Shown here one piece after another: positions 10,054 through 18,792 of a stretch of DNA of 64,000 nt. Numbering within the stretch: position 1 is the first letter of the stretch; each line of letters opens with the position of its first letter. A program made the position numbers and the translations under genes. The notes under the pieces are model-generated. The model was not told where the DNA came from and made no database searches. It was given only the letters and a program-made list of their open reading frames with translations. Origin of the DNA: Halobacteriaceae archaeon (GTDB lineage Archaea > Halobacteriota > Halobacteria > Halobacteriales > Halobacteriaceae); NCBI GenBank assembly GCA_042216675.1, contig JBDGTS010000008.1:32001-96000 (forward strand), written 5' to 3'.

Positions 10054-10565
10054 CGGTCCCGGAGGCGCTCGATTCGGTCGGCGACGGCGGCCAGCGCCGC
10101 GTCGGTTCTCGGGCCGGCGTCCCCGGCCGCCACGTCGTCGAGCCACGCCGCGACGGGAACCGGAACGGGGTCGCTCGGGGCCGAATCGGCCACTGTGGTG
10201 TCACTCAGGGCTGAGTCGACCGCCACGGCGTCCCGCGGGGGGCGCGGGTCGCCGAGTTCGGCCACCACGTCGGCGCCACACTGCGTCCCCCCGTCGCCGT
10301 CGACGCGCCGCACCTCCGCTGGGGGGTCGGCCGGCGGCGCTGGGGTGGCGTAGCCGAGTGCGAGCGCCCCCTCGGCAGGGACGTCGCCCTCGAAGCCGTC
10401 TTCGTCCCATCCCGGCGCCGCGTCGCCGTGTCTGCGCGGGTACCAGACGGGGCCGTCGAGGCAGTTCTCCACGCGGACGGTTCGCGGCGCGTCGGCGTCG
10501 GTGTGAATCTGTAGTTCGACCAGCGTCACGCCGTCGCGTCGTCGCGTCGTCGCGTCGAGGTGCAT
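10050..10565 (-). CDS. Conserved hypothetical protein
   Basis: Acidic ORF whose stop overlaps the minD start by 4 nt; contains a beta-rich segment VENCLDGPVWYPRRHG...GYA. Confidence 0.7.
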   Translation of the reverse strand: MHLDATTRRRDGVTLVELQIHTDADAPRTVRVENCLDGPVWYPRRHGDAAPGWDEDGFEGDVPAEGALALGYATPAPPADPPAEVRRVDGDGGTQCGADVVAELGDPRPPRDAVAVDSALSDTTVADSAPSDPVPVPVAAWLDDVAAGDAGPRTDAALAAVADRIERLRDR

Positions 10566-10630
10566 GGCCTCGGCTGGCCGCCCGTTCGGACTTAAACCTC
10601 GACACCGGCGGCCGGGTGCGTGCCCGCCCG

Positions 10631-11455
10631 TCAGACCAGCACCACCGGCGCGTCGAGGCAGTCCCGAGCGGCCGCGGCCGACCCGAACCGGTCGCAGGCG
10701 AGTACGACTGGCGCCCGAACGTCGGCCAGCCGAGCGGCCGCGAGCGCCGCGGTCACCGAATCGCCCTCGTACGCCGCCGGCGTCGGCCCGGGGTCGGCGT
10801 CGCCCGGGACGGCCGCGACGGCGTCTCGGAACGCGCCGTAGTGGTCCCGCGCGAGTCGCTCGCGCGCCTCCCGGCGTTTGTTGTCGGCCCTGTCTGCGAG
10901 TGCGAGGCGCCGCTCCCGGGCGTCCCGCGCGTCGCGGGCGACCCGCCGCGCCCGTTCGAGAGCCTGTTCGGCGGCGATGCGTTCGGTTTCCGCCTCCGAG
11001 AGGCGCCGCGTCGCGTCCGCGAGGGCGGCCTCCGCGTCGGCCGCGTCGGCGTCCAGTTCGCGTCTGGCCTCGATTTCCCCCCGGAGGCGCGCCACCTCCT
11101 CGCGCAAGTCGGCCACGTCCGCGCCGGCCGTCGCGGCCCGGCGCCGCGCCGCGGCCACGTCCGCTTCGGGCACGTCGATTCGCTCGCGGTCGGCGTCGAG
11201 TTCGGCCGCGTCCTCGTCCTCGGGCGCGGTGGCGCCACGGGACCGGGCCGCGGCGGCGACGGCCGCACGCACCGGCGTCGCCATCTCCGGCCGGACGTGG
11301 CCCACGTACTCGTGGACCGGGCCGGGGTCGGGACAGCGCACGCGCCCGTCGTCGGGGTCACGAACCGCCGCGGCGACGGCCGCGCCCGACACCTCGGCGC
11401 CGCGCGCGTCGACGGCCCGACCCGACGCGTCGAGGCCGTCGAACCGGAGTTTCAT
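10631..11455 (-). CDS. Coiled-coil hypothetical protein
   Basis: Long Ala/Arg/Glu heptad region; N-terminal CPDPGPVHEYVG motif; coupled to the upstream gene by a 4-nt overlap. Confidence 0.7.
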   Translation of the reverse strand: MKLRFDGLDASGRAVDARGAEVSGAAVAAAVRDPDDGRVRCPDPGPVHEYVGHVRPEMATPVRAAVAAAARSRGATAPEDEDAAELDADRERIDVPEADVAAARRRAATAGADVADLREEVARLRGEIEARRELDADAADAEAALADATRRLSEAETERIAAEQALERARRVARDARDARERRLALADRADNKRREARERLARDHYGAFRDAVAAVPGDADPGPTPAAYEGDSVTAALAAARLADVRAPVVLACDRFGSAAAARDCLDAPVVLV

Positions 11456-11796
11456 AGATCGGTGTTCCGCATCGCCGCGGGGTCGGGGTGGTCAGTGTTC
11501 GCCGCGAAGGCCGGATAGGGGGTGCTGGGCGCGTCCCGGTCGGCGTACGCCACCGCCGCTTTCCGCACTGACTCGGGCACGTCGGCGTACTCGTTGAGCG
11601 GTTCCGTGCGCTCTATCTGCACGTCGCCGCCGTGGTCGGCGCGCAGGCGCAGGGCGAGGAAGGCGCCAAACTCAGTTTCCCTGAGAAGCGCCGCGCGGCC
11701 GAACCGGCGCACCACGCTCCCCTCGTGGGCGTTGCAGACGTTCCGGAGTGCCTGTCTGGCCGCCTTCGAGTAGCACGCGACGAGCAGCACGCGCAC
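11452..11796 (-). CDS. Conserved hypothetical protein
   Basis: 114-aa ORF with an alternating beta/alpha pattern, in an operon context. Confidence 0.7.
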   Translation of the reverse strand: MRVLLVACYSKAARQALRNVCNAHEGSVVRRFGRAALLRETEFGAFLALRLRADHGGDVQIERTEPLNEYADVPESVRKAAVAYADRDAPSTPYPAFAANTDHPDPAAMRNTDL

Positions 11797-11836
11797 CCCT
11801 CGGATTTCCGACCACTAAAAACCACGCGACGGCGCG

Positions 11837-12115
11837 TCAGTCGATGCGCTCTATCTCGAACTCGGAGCCGTCTTCGGTGAGTGCGTTTGCGCGCTCGCGG
11901 GCCTCGCTGGCGCTCTCCGCGACCACCACGAGGTCGTCGGCCGGGTCCGGGCGCCCGGCGCGATAGGCACTCCGGCCGTCCTCGGCGTCGAACTCGGTGA
12001 CGTAGGTGCGGAGGACGCCCACGACGCGTCGCTCGGCCGTGGCGAGGTCAACCTCGCCGGTTTCGAGGTCCGAGAGCGCTTCCTCGACGTTCCGGAGCGC
12101 GGCGATTCGGTCCAT
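11837..12115 (-). CDS. Conserved hypothetical protein
   Basis: Start taken at MDRIAALRNVEEAL; acidic composition; first gene of the minus-strand run. Confidence 0.7.
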   Translation of the reverse strand: MDRIAALRNVEEALSDLETGEVDLATAERRVVGVLRTYVTEFDAEDGRSAYRAGRPDPADDLVVVAESASEARERANALTEDGSEFEIERID

Positions 12116-12168
12116 CAGCGGAGCAACGCCGGAGCGCGAAAAGAAGATGACGGTCAGGGTCCGGTAGC

Positions 12169-13560
12169 GTGAAGCCGCCCCCTCCCCTTCCGCGAGACGT
12201 GCAGACTGCCCGCGTCCGCGCGGTGTGGCGGCGCGTCCTCGGCCTCTCGTGGCCAATCATGGCCGAGCAGACGCTCCGGACGCTGATGCGCACGACGGAC
12301 GTCATCGTGACGGCGACGTTCTCGCCCGCGGCCGTCGCGGCCATCGGCCTCGCTGACTTGTACGCCCGCCTCCCCCTCCGCATCGGGTTGGGTCTCGGCG
12401 GCGGCGCCATCGCCCTCTCCAGTCAGGACACCGGGCGCGGCGCGGCGGCCGACCGCGACGAGGCCATCACGCAGGCTCTTTTCGTGGGCGTCCTCGCCGG
12501 CCTCCCGTTCGTCGCCTTCGGTCTGTTCCTCGGCGAGGCGGCCATCGCCGTCCTCGGCGCGCCGCCCGCCGTCGCGCGGATGGGCGGCACCTACCTCGCC
12601 ATCATCCTCCTGACAGCGCCGGCGCGCCACGTCGCTCTCATCGGCGCCCGCTCGCTGCAGGGCACCGGCGACACCCGCACGCCGATGTACGTCAACGTCG
12701 TCTCGAACGCCCTCAACATCGCCGGCTCCGTCGTCCTCGGGCTGGGCCTGCTCGGCGCGCCTCGCCTCGGCATCGTCGGGGTCGGCCTCGCCACCGCCGT
12801 CGGCAACGTCGTCACGGCGTCGGCGCTCCTCGTCGCTCTCGCGGGCCGGTGGACCGAGGCCGCCCTCGTCCGCCCGACGAACCCGGTCATCGCCCGGCAA
12901 CTCCTGTCCGTGAGCGCGCCGCGCGTCGGCGAGGGCCTCGTCGCCACCGTCGCGGCGTTCCCGTTCAACAGCCTCCTCCTCTCCTTCGGGACGCCGGTCA
13001 ACGCCGGCTACCAGATCGGGCGGCGGATGTATCAGCAGGTGACCGGACCGCTCTCGCGTGGCTACAACGTCGCGGCGAGCGTCGTCGTCGGGCAGGCTCT
13101 CGGAGACGAGGCCCCGGACCGCGCCCGTTTCGAGGGGTGGGCGACGGCGGCGCTGGGCCTCCTCACCGTCGGTACCGTCGGCCTCGCCCTGTTCGTCTGG
13201 GCCGACGCCTTCGTCCACCTGTTCACGGATGACTCCCAAATCGTCGGCCCGGCCGTCGGCTTCGCGCGGGCCTACGGCGTCTCCGCGCCGTTCCTCGTCC
13301 TCTTCGTCGTCCTCTCGGGCGCGCTTCAGGGGGGAAGCGACACCCGCACCCCGTTCGTCGCGCGGACGACGGGGCTCTTTGGCTTCATGCTGGGCTTCTC
13401 CGCGCTGACGGGCCTCGCCCTCGGGTGGGGCGCCCACGGCGCCTACGCCGGCATCGTCCTGTTCCACGTCTGGGCGGCGCTGGTCGTGGGCTACGGCTTC
13501 CGGCGCGGGGACTGGGTCGAGAAGGCGACGGCGATGATGGACGAGCGTGCGGCGGCCTAG
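12169..13560 (+). CDS. MATE family efflux transporter
   Basis: About 12 TM segments; LQGTGDTRTPM and LQGGSDTRTP MATE repeats. Confidence 0.92.
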   Translation: MKPPPPLPRDVQTARVRAVWRRVLGLSWPIMAEQTLRTLMRTTDVIVTATFSPAAVAAIGLADLYARLPLRIGLGLGGGAIALSSQDTGRGAAADRDEAITQALFVGVLAGLPFVAFGLFLGEAAIAVLGAPPAVARMGGTYLAIILLTAPARHVALIGARSLQGTGDTRTPMYVNVVSNALNIAGSVVLGLGLLGAPRLGIVGVGLATAVGNVVTASALLVALAGRWTEAALVRPTNPVIARQLLSVSAPRVGEGLVATVAAFPFNSLLLSFGTPVNAGYQIGRRMYQQVTGPLSRGYNVAASVVVGQALGDEAPDRARFEGWATAALGLLTVGTVGLALFVWADAFVHLFTDDSQIVGPAVGFARAYGVSAPFLVLFVVLSGALQGGSDTRTPFVARTTGLFGFMLGFSALTGLALGWGAHGAYAGIVLFHVWAALVVGYGFRRGDWVEKATAMMDERAAA

Positions 13561-16500
13561 AGCGTGCGGAAGTGGTCCGGCGAGGGCTGGTAGATTTCGC
13601 CCTTCTGCTTGAGGTTCTCGATTTCGTTCTCGGCCTTCGAGCGCTCCATCCCGTCGGCCTCGGCGGCGTCAAGCACTTTTTCGAGGGGCGCGCCCTCGTC
13701 GTACTCGTCCTGCAGGTCGTCGATGACGTCCTTGATGCCCCGGATGCGGTCACGCTGGCTCTTGGAGGTGCCCGTCTCGATGACGTCGGCGTCGAACTCG
13801 CCCGTCTCGGGGTCCATCCCGACGTCCTCCATCGTCTTGCGCACGATCTCGATGACGCGGTCGGCGTCGGCCTCGGTCACCTCGTCGGCGAGGCGCACCC
13901 GCGCGGAGGCCTCCGCGAGGCGGACCAGCGCTTCGAGTTTTCGGGCGGTCACCGGCACGGGGGCGTCCTCGCCGGTGCCCTGCGCCCGCAGGTCGACGTA
14001 GAACTCGCGGATGCGCGCCATCGCCGCCTCCGTCATCGTCGGGAAGATGTTGCGCCGCGAGTAGGCGACGTACTTCCGCAGGAGTTCGGGTTCGATGGCG
14101 GGCGCCACGTCGTCGGTGACGCTCTCGACTTCCGCCTCGGAGACGTTCGACTGGGTCATCTCCGTGCGGTGGGTGTTGAGTTCGCCCGCGTAGTTCGTCT
14201 TCAGGATGTGGTCGGCGAGTTCGGCGTCTCGCTCCTCGTCCGGTTGGTCCGTGACGGTGAAGATGAGGTCGAACCGGGAGATGAGCGCGGGTTCGAGGTC
14301 GATCTGCTCGCCGATGCCCTCGTACTGGTCGAAGCGGCCGTGTTTGGGGTTCGCCGCCCCCAGTAACGAGCATCGGGCCTTCAGCGTGGCGTTGATGCCC
14401 GCCTTCGAGATGGAGACGGTCTGCTGTTCGAGGGCCTCGTGGAGCGCCGAGCGGTCGCCGGCCTCCATCTTGTCGAGTTCGTCCACCGCCGCCACGCCCT
14501 TGTCCGCGAGGACGACGGCGCCGGCTTCCAGCGTCCACTGCTGGCCGTCGCCGAAGTCGTCGCGGACGGCGGCGGCGGTGAGACCGGCCGAACTGGAGCC
14601 TTTACCGGAGGTGTACACCGACCGGGGGCTGATGTGGCGGATGTACTGGAGCAGTTGGGAGTTGTGCGAGACGATTCCATTCGAGACGTAGCTGTGCGTC
14701 CCCCCGACTTCGAGGTCGTACACCCACTCGTCGTCCGGTTCGACCGTCTCGATGGACTCGATTCGGTCCCAGCGCACGTCGCTCTCGGCGAGCGACCGGA
14801 GCGCTCGCACGTCATCGGCGGCCGCGAGTGCCTCGTCGATGGTGTTGAGGACCGCGTCGCGAGCGTCCGTGGTGTGTCCGCCGTCGGGCGCCACGTCCTC
14901 GCGCTCGTAGTAGCTAATCGCCGTCTGGGTCACGTCCATCCCGTCGGCGAGCGTCTGTTGGGAGAGTCTGAGTTCCCGTCGCACCGCCGTGATGTCGTCC
15001 CAGTCTCCCGCAGCTATTTTCGCTCGCATCGTCCGGAGGTGTTCGAGGCGGTCCTCGAAGGCCGAAACGACGGCGTCGAGACTCTCTCGGCTCGGATTCC
15101 GGTCTCCTCGTTCGTAGTGCTGGTACGTCGTCCGGGGAACGCCACACTCCCGCTGAGACAGCGCCAGTGCCTCCCGAACTCGGCGGAGGTCATCGCCCAC
15201 GTCGGGCACTACATCCCGGTTCGTGTTCCGGTCGGCGTCCCCGAACGCCTCGGCGGCGGACGACTTCCGCTCCGTGACGAAGCCGACCGATTCGACGTAT
15301 CGAACGAAATCCTCGCCGCTGATGCGCAGTCGATAGCTCCCGTTGTGGCGAGATTCGAGGCTCGAACCGACGCCGAGGCTCAACAGCAGCGACCGCACTC
15401 CGCCGAGTAGCGTCTCGCTCATCGACGCCACCGTTATTTCACGCTCTGCCGACGAGACGTGCCCTTCGCCCTCGACGTACGCTTCGAGGAACGCCGCCTT
15501 GATTTCGGGGCTCGCGCGGAACAGCGATTCGGGAACGCGTTGCGCCGCGGAGCCGTCGAGAACTGCTGGCTCGATGCCGTGGAGGAAGCGCACGAGTTCG
15601 CTCGACGTGCAGATAATCTCGGCTGCGGCCGTTCCGCTTCGGCTGTTCCGTTCCGTCCAGTTGACGCCGAGACGGTCGAGCGCCTCCGTCACGTCGTCGA
15701 GTACCGCACGGTCGTTGTTCGTGACGCGAAGGTCTGCGGTGTTGTCGTCGTTCAGCGTCGCGTACCCCTCCGCAACGACGTATCCGACGAACCGGGCTAA
15801 CCACGGCGTCCACTCGCTCGGCGGGTCGAGTCGGACCGCGTTGGGCGACTTCGAGCGTCGGAACTCGATGGCTAGTTCGTCGTCCCCGGCTTCGGGGAGG
15901 TGTCGCGGCGTGGCGACGAAGTCGCCTTCGTCGAGGTCCGACGCCTCTATTGGCCTGAAATCCCCGCCTGACTGTACGAACAGAGGGTGTGACGGCGTCA
16001 CCGTCAGTACCCGACCGCTGGCGGTTGCGATGCGGTACATCTCCTCCGGCGCCTCGCGCTTCCACACTTTCGTCGCGCGTCGCGGTTCGATCCGTCCGTC
16101 GGGTGTGAGCGAGGGGACCTCGGCGTCAACCGTATCGTACACGCCGTCGTCAATCGGTTTCGGGTCGTCGAGGTTCGCCTCCACGAACTCCCGAATCCCG
16201 ACTTCCGAGCCGTCAGCGAGCGTGATGGGGGTGTCCCCGTCGAGACACTTCCCCGTACCCGGGTCCCCGATGAGGAGCATGTGGAGGTCCCCCCGCGTCC
16301 GGGAGCCGTCGGGGAGGTGCTTGGTGACGCCGGAGAACAACTGGAGCGCCATCGCCAACTTCGCCTGCCGGTGGCCGTAGATGGCGGGCGCGATGGAGTC
16401 CACCATCATCTCGTAGATGTCGTCGCTGTCGGACAGTTCGGCGATGTCGGCCTTGTCCTCGTCGTCGATGTCCATGTCCTCGTACTCCTCGTCCTCCACG

Positions 16501-17237
16501 GACACCGAGCGGCCGTCCATGTAGATGTCGAAGACGGGGCTGTCGTCCTGTCCGCCGCCCTGTTGGTCGAGTCGGAGGACGCCCGTGACGGTGACGTGGT
16601 CGCCGGGCGAGACGACGCCCGTCAGGTCGTCCTCGACGTTCACGTCGATAGACTGGGGCGTCTCGCCCCCGCGTAGGCCCTCGGGGCTCTCCTGAATTCG
16701 GAGTTTTTGGGAGTCCACGAACTCCGACTGGTCGACGTTGAGTTGGAACGGCCCCTGTCGCTCACAGCCCTCGCACTCGTGGGGTTCCTGATACGTGCCA
16801 CTGGACTGGGGGACGTAGGTGAGCGTGCCACAGCGCTGGCACTCGAAGGCCGCCTCCTGCACCTTCGGGCGCACGTCGGTGGCCTTGCGAATCATCCCCT
16901 TCACGGCCACCATCGTCGAGACGTGCTCTGAACGGAGGTCCCGAATCTCGGTGGCCTCGACGCCGGAGAGGCGGACGTGAGCCTGTCCGAGACTCACGTC
17001 GACGGGCAAATCGTAGAGGCGCAGGGCCTCCTCGGCGTACTCCTGCAGTTGGTCCGGTTGCGCGACGAAGTCCTCCGCGAGGTCCGGGTCGAACTGGTAC
17101 AGGTCCGCCCACTCGACCCCGAGGGACTTCTGCTCGCGCGGGTAGCGGCGCGCCAACTCACCGATGTCGTCGCTGTAGTAGCGTCGGTAGAACTGCTCGA
17201 ACCGTTCGACGAGTTCCTGATTCTCGGCGCGCGCCAT
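13557..17237 (-). CDS. mcm: Replicative helicase MCM, intein-containing (about 697-aa extein)
   Basis: Zn finger CQRC...CEGC, QESPE, RGDLHMLLIGDPGTGK|SQLL, GLTAA, LEAGA, DELDKM, AANP and the SRFD arginine finger. Confidence 0.98.
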   Translation of the reverse strand: MARAENQELVERFEQFYRRYYSDDIGELARRYPREQKSLGVEWADLYQFDPDLAEDFVAQPDQLQEYAEEALRLYDLPVDVSLGQAHVRLSGVEATEIRDLRSEHVSTMVAVKGMIRKATDVRPKVQEAAFECQRCGTLTYVPQSSGTYQEPHECEGCERQGPFQLNVDQSEFVDSQKLRIQESPEGLRGGETPQSIDVNVEDDLTGVVSPGDHVTVTGVLRLDQQGGGQDDSPVFDIYMDGRSVSVEDEEYEDMDIDDEDKADIAELSDSDDIYEMMVDSIAPAIYGHRQAKLAMALQLFSGVTKHLPDGSRTRGDLHMLLIGDPGTGKCLDGDTPITLADGSEVGIREFVEANLDDPKPIDDGVYDTVDAEVPSLTPDGRIEPRRATKVWKREAPEEMYRIATASGRVLTVTPSHPLFVQSGGDFRPIEASDLDEGDFVATPRHLPEAGDDELAIEFRRSKSPNAVRLDPPSEWTPWLARFVGYVVAEGYATLNDDNTADLRVTNNDRAVLDDVTEALDRLGVNWTERNSRSGTAAAEIICTSSELVRFLHGIEPAVLDGSAAQRVPESLFRASPEIKAAFLEAYVEGEGHVSSAEREITVASMSETLLGGVRSLLLSLGVGSSLESRHNGSYRLRISGEDFVRYVESVGFVTERKSSAAEAFGDADRNTNRDVVPDVGDDLRRVREALALSQRECGVPRTTYQHYERGDRNPSRESLDAVVSAFEDRLEHLRTMRAKIAAGDWDDITAVRRELRLSQQTLADGMDVTQTAISYYEREDVAPDGGHTTDARDAVLNTIDEALAAADDVRALRSLAESDVRWDRIESIETVEPDDEWVYDLEVGGTHSYVSNGIVSHNSQLLQYIRHISPRSVYTSGKGSSSAGLTAAAVRDDFGDGQQWTLEAGAVVLADKGVAAVDELDKMEAGDRSALHEALEQQTVSISKAGINATLKARCSLLGAANPKHGRFDQYEGIGEQIDLEPALISRFDLIFTVTDQPDEERDAELADHILKTNYAGELNTHRTEMTQSNVSEAEVESVTDDVAPAIEPELLRKYVAYSRRNIFPTMTEAAMARIREFYVDLRAQGTGEDAPVPVTARKLEALVRLAEASARVRLADEVTEADADRVIEIVRKTMEDVGMDPETGEFDADVIETGTSKSQRDRIRGIKDVIDDLQDEYDEGAPLEKVLDAAEADGMERSKAENEIENLKQKGEIYQPSPDHFRTL
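14661..16247 (-). mobile_element. 529-aa intein in the MCM Walker A motif, with LAGLIDADG homing endonuclease and two HTH-like domains
   Basis: Begins CLDGDT directly after GTGK and ends IVSHN before Ser+1. Contains block B VTPSHP, LAGLIDADG-type FVGYVVAEG and FLEAYVEGEG, and block F VYDLEV. Confidence 0.96.
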
Positions 17238-17276
17238 GCCGGCGTAGGTAGCGCCCCCTCCCCTATGAACCTAGCG

Positions 17277-18710
17277 TCAACGGTCGTCGAGGGCCGCGCC
17301 CACGTCAGTCGGGTACGTGTCGGGCAGATAGCGCCCCATGTCGAGTTCGCGGTACGGGAACTCGCGCAAGGCGTCGTTCTCGACGTGCGGGGAGTCGTGG
17401 CGCTGGAGGTGGTCGACGGCGGCCTCGCGCAGTCGCTCGACGACGGCCGGCCGTTCGGGGGCCTGATTGTCCGTCTCGCGTGGGTCCGCGGCCACGTCGA
17501 ACAGCTGCTCGCGACCGCCGTTGGCCATCCAGACGTACTTCCAGTCGCCCTCGCGCACCATCATCGTGAAGTTCGGGCCGATGCTGAAGTGACTCGTCTT
17601 CCGTGGCGTCTGGTGGACCGCGAACAGTCGGTCGTGGCTCTCGCCGCCCAGAACGTCCACGCCGTCGCGCAGGTCTTGGTCCCCCGCCGCCGTCGTGCAG
17701 ATGCCGAGGACGTCCGCCAGCGACACCAAGTCGTCCCGGCGCTCCCCGGCGGGGAGTTCCGCGGGCCAACTCACGAGGAACGGCACCCGCGACGACTGCT
17801 CGAACATCGACGTCTTGCCCCACCCGTGGTGGTCGCCGAGCATCTCGCCGTGGTCCGACGTGAAGACGATGAGGGTGTTCTCGCCGTCCTCGCGGGCCTC
17901 CACGGCGTCGAGGACGCGCCCGATTTCCCGGTCCAGTTGCGTGACGAGGCCGTAGTAGTACGCCCGGGCGACCCGGGCCGTGTGCGCGCCGGTGTCGTCG
18001 GTCCGGGCTTTCCACCAGTGGTAGTTCTGGGCCGGTATCTTCTCGTCCATCAGGTCCAGTTCCTGATTGTCACGGATGGGGTCGGGCACCGCGTCGGGGT
18101 CGTACAGTTCGTCGAACGGCGGCGAGGGGTTGAAGCGAGGATGGGGATTCGAGAAGGAGACGAAGCCGAAAAACGGCCCGTCGCGCTCCTCGATTTCGGC
18201 CGTCGCCCGGTCGGCAATCCACGCCGACTTGCGGTCTTCGGGGTCGAGCGGGCAGGACTGTGGGAGCATGTTCATCGCGCCCACCTTCCCGCCGTCCCAC
18301 GACGTGTCGGCGTCGACTTCGGCGGCGTAGTCGCCGCCGTCGAGTTGCAGGTCGTAGCCGAGGTCGATGTCGCCGGGGTGGGCGTGGTACTTCCCCACGC
18401 CGAACGTCTCGTAACCGCGTTCTCGCATCGCGCGGGCGAGGAACGGCCCGCACTCGTCTTCGAGGTGGTGGGCGTCCCGCTTGTCGTTGCCGAGGTAGCC
18501 CGTCCGGCAGGGGTCCGAGCCGGTGCGCACGACGTGTCGCGCGGGGACGCAGATGGGCGCTGGCGAGTAGGCGTTCGTGTAGGAGACGCCGCGGTCCACC
18601 AGCCGGTCGAGGTTCGGCGTGTGGACGTGGTCGTGGCCGAGCGCGTTGATGGTGTCGAAGCGCTGCTGGTCCGTCATCACGAGCAGGACGTTCGGCTGGT
18701 CCGCTGGCAT
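17277..18710 (-). CDS. Sulfatase (Cys-type, formylglycine-dependent)
   Basis: PNVLLVMTDQQRFD, TPNLDRL, the CVPAR (CxPxR) motif, GKYH, FTSDHGEMLGDH. Confidence 0.93.
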   Translation of the reverse strand: MPADQPNVLLVMTDQQRFDTINALGHDHVHTPNLDRLVDRGVSYTNAYSPAPICVPARHVVRTGSDPCRTGYLGNDKRDAHHLEDECGPFLARAMRERGYETFGVGKYHAHPGDIDLGYDLQLDGGDYAAEVDADTSWDGGKVGAMNMLPQSCPLDPEDRKSAWIADRATAEIEERDGPFFGFVSFSNPHPRFNPSPPFDELYDPDAVPDPIRDNQELDLMDEKIPAQNYHWWKARTDDTGAHTARVARAYYYGLVTQLDREIGRVLDAVEAREDGENTLIVFTSDHGEMLGDHHGWGKTSMFEQSSRVPFLVSWPAELPAGERRDDLVSLADVLGICTTAAGDQDLRDGVDVLGGESHDRLFAVHQTPRKTSHFSIGPNFTMMVREGDWKYVWMANGGREQLFDVAADPRETDNQAPERPAVVERLREAAVDHLQRHDSPHVENDALREFPYRELDMGRYLPDTYPTDVGAALDDR

Positions 18711-18792
18711 TACCCATCAGTCAGCGGCGGGCTACCTCAACGTTGCGCCGTCGTCCAGTAGAGTTATCTTTCCGTTCGCTCTCACCCCGTCC

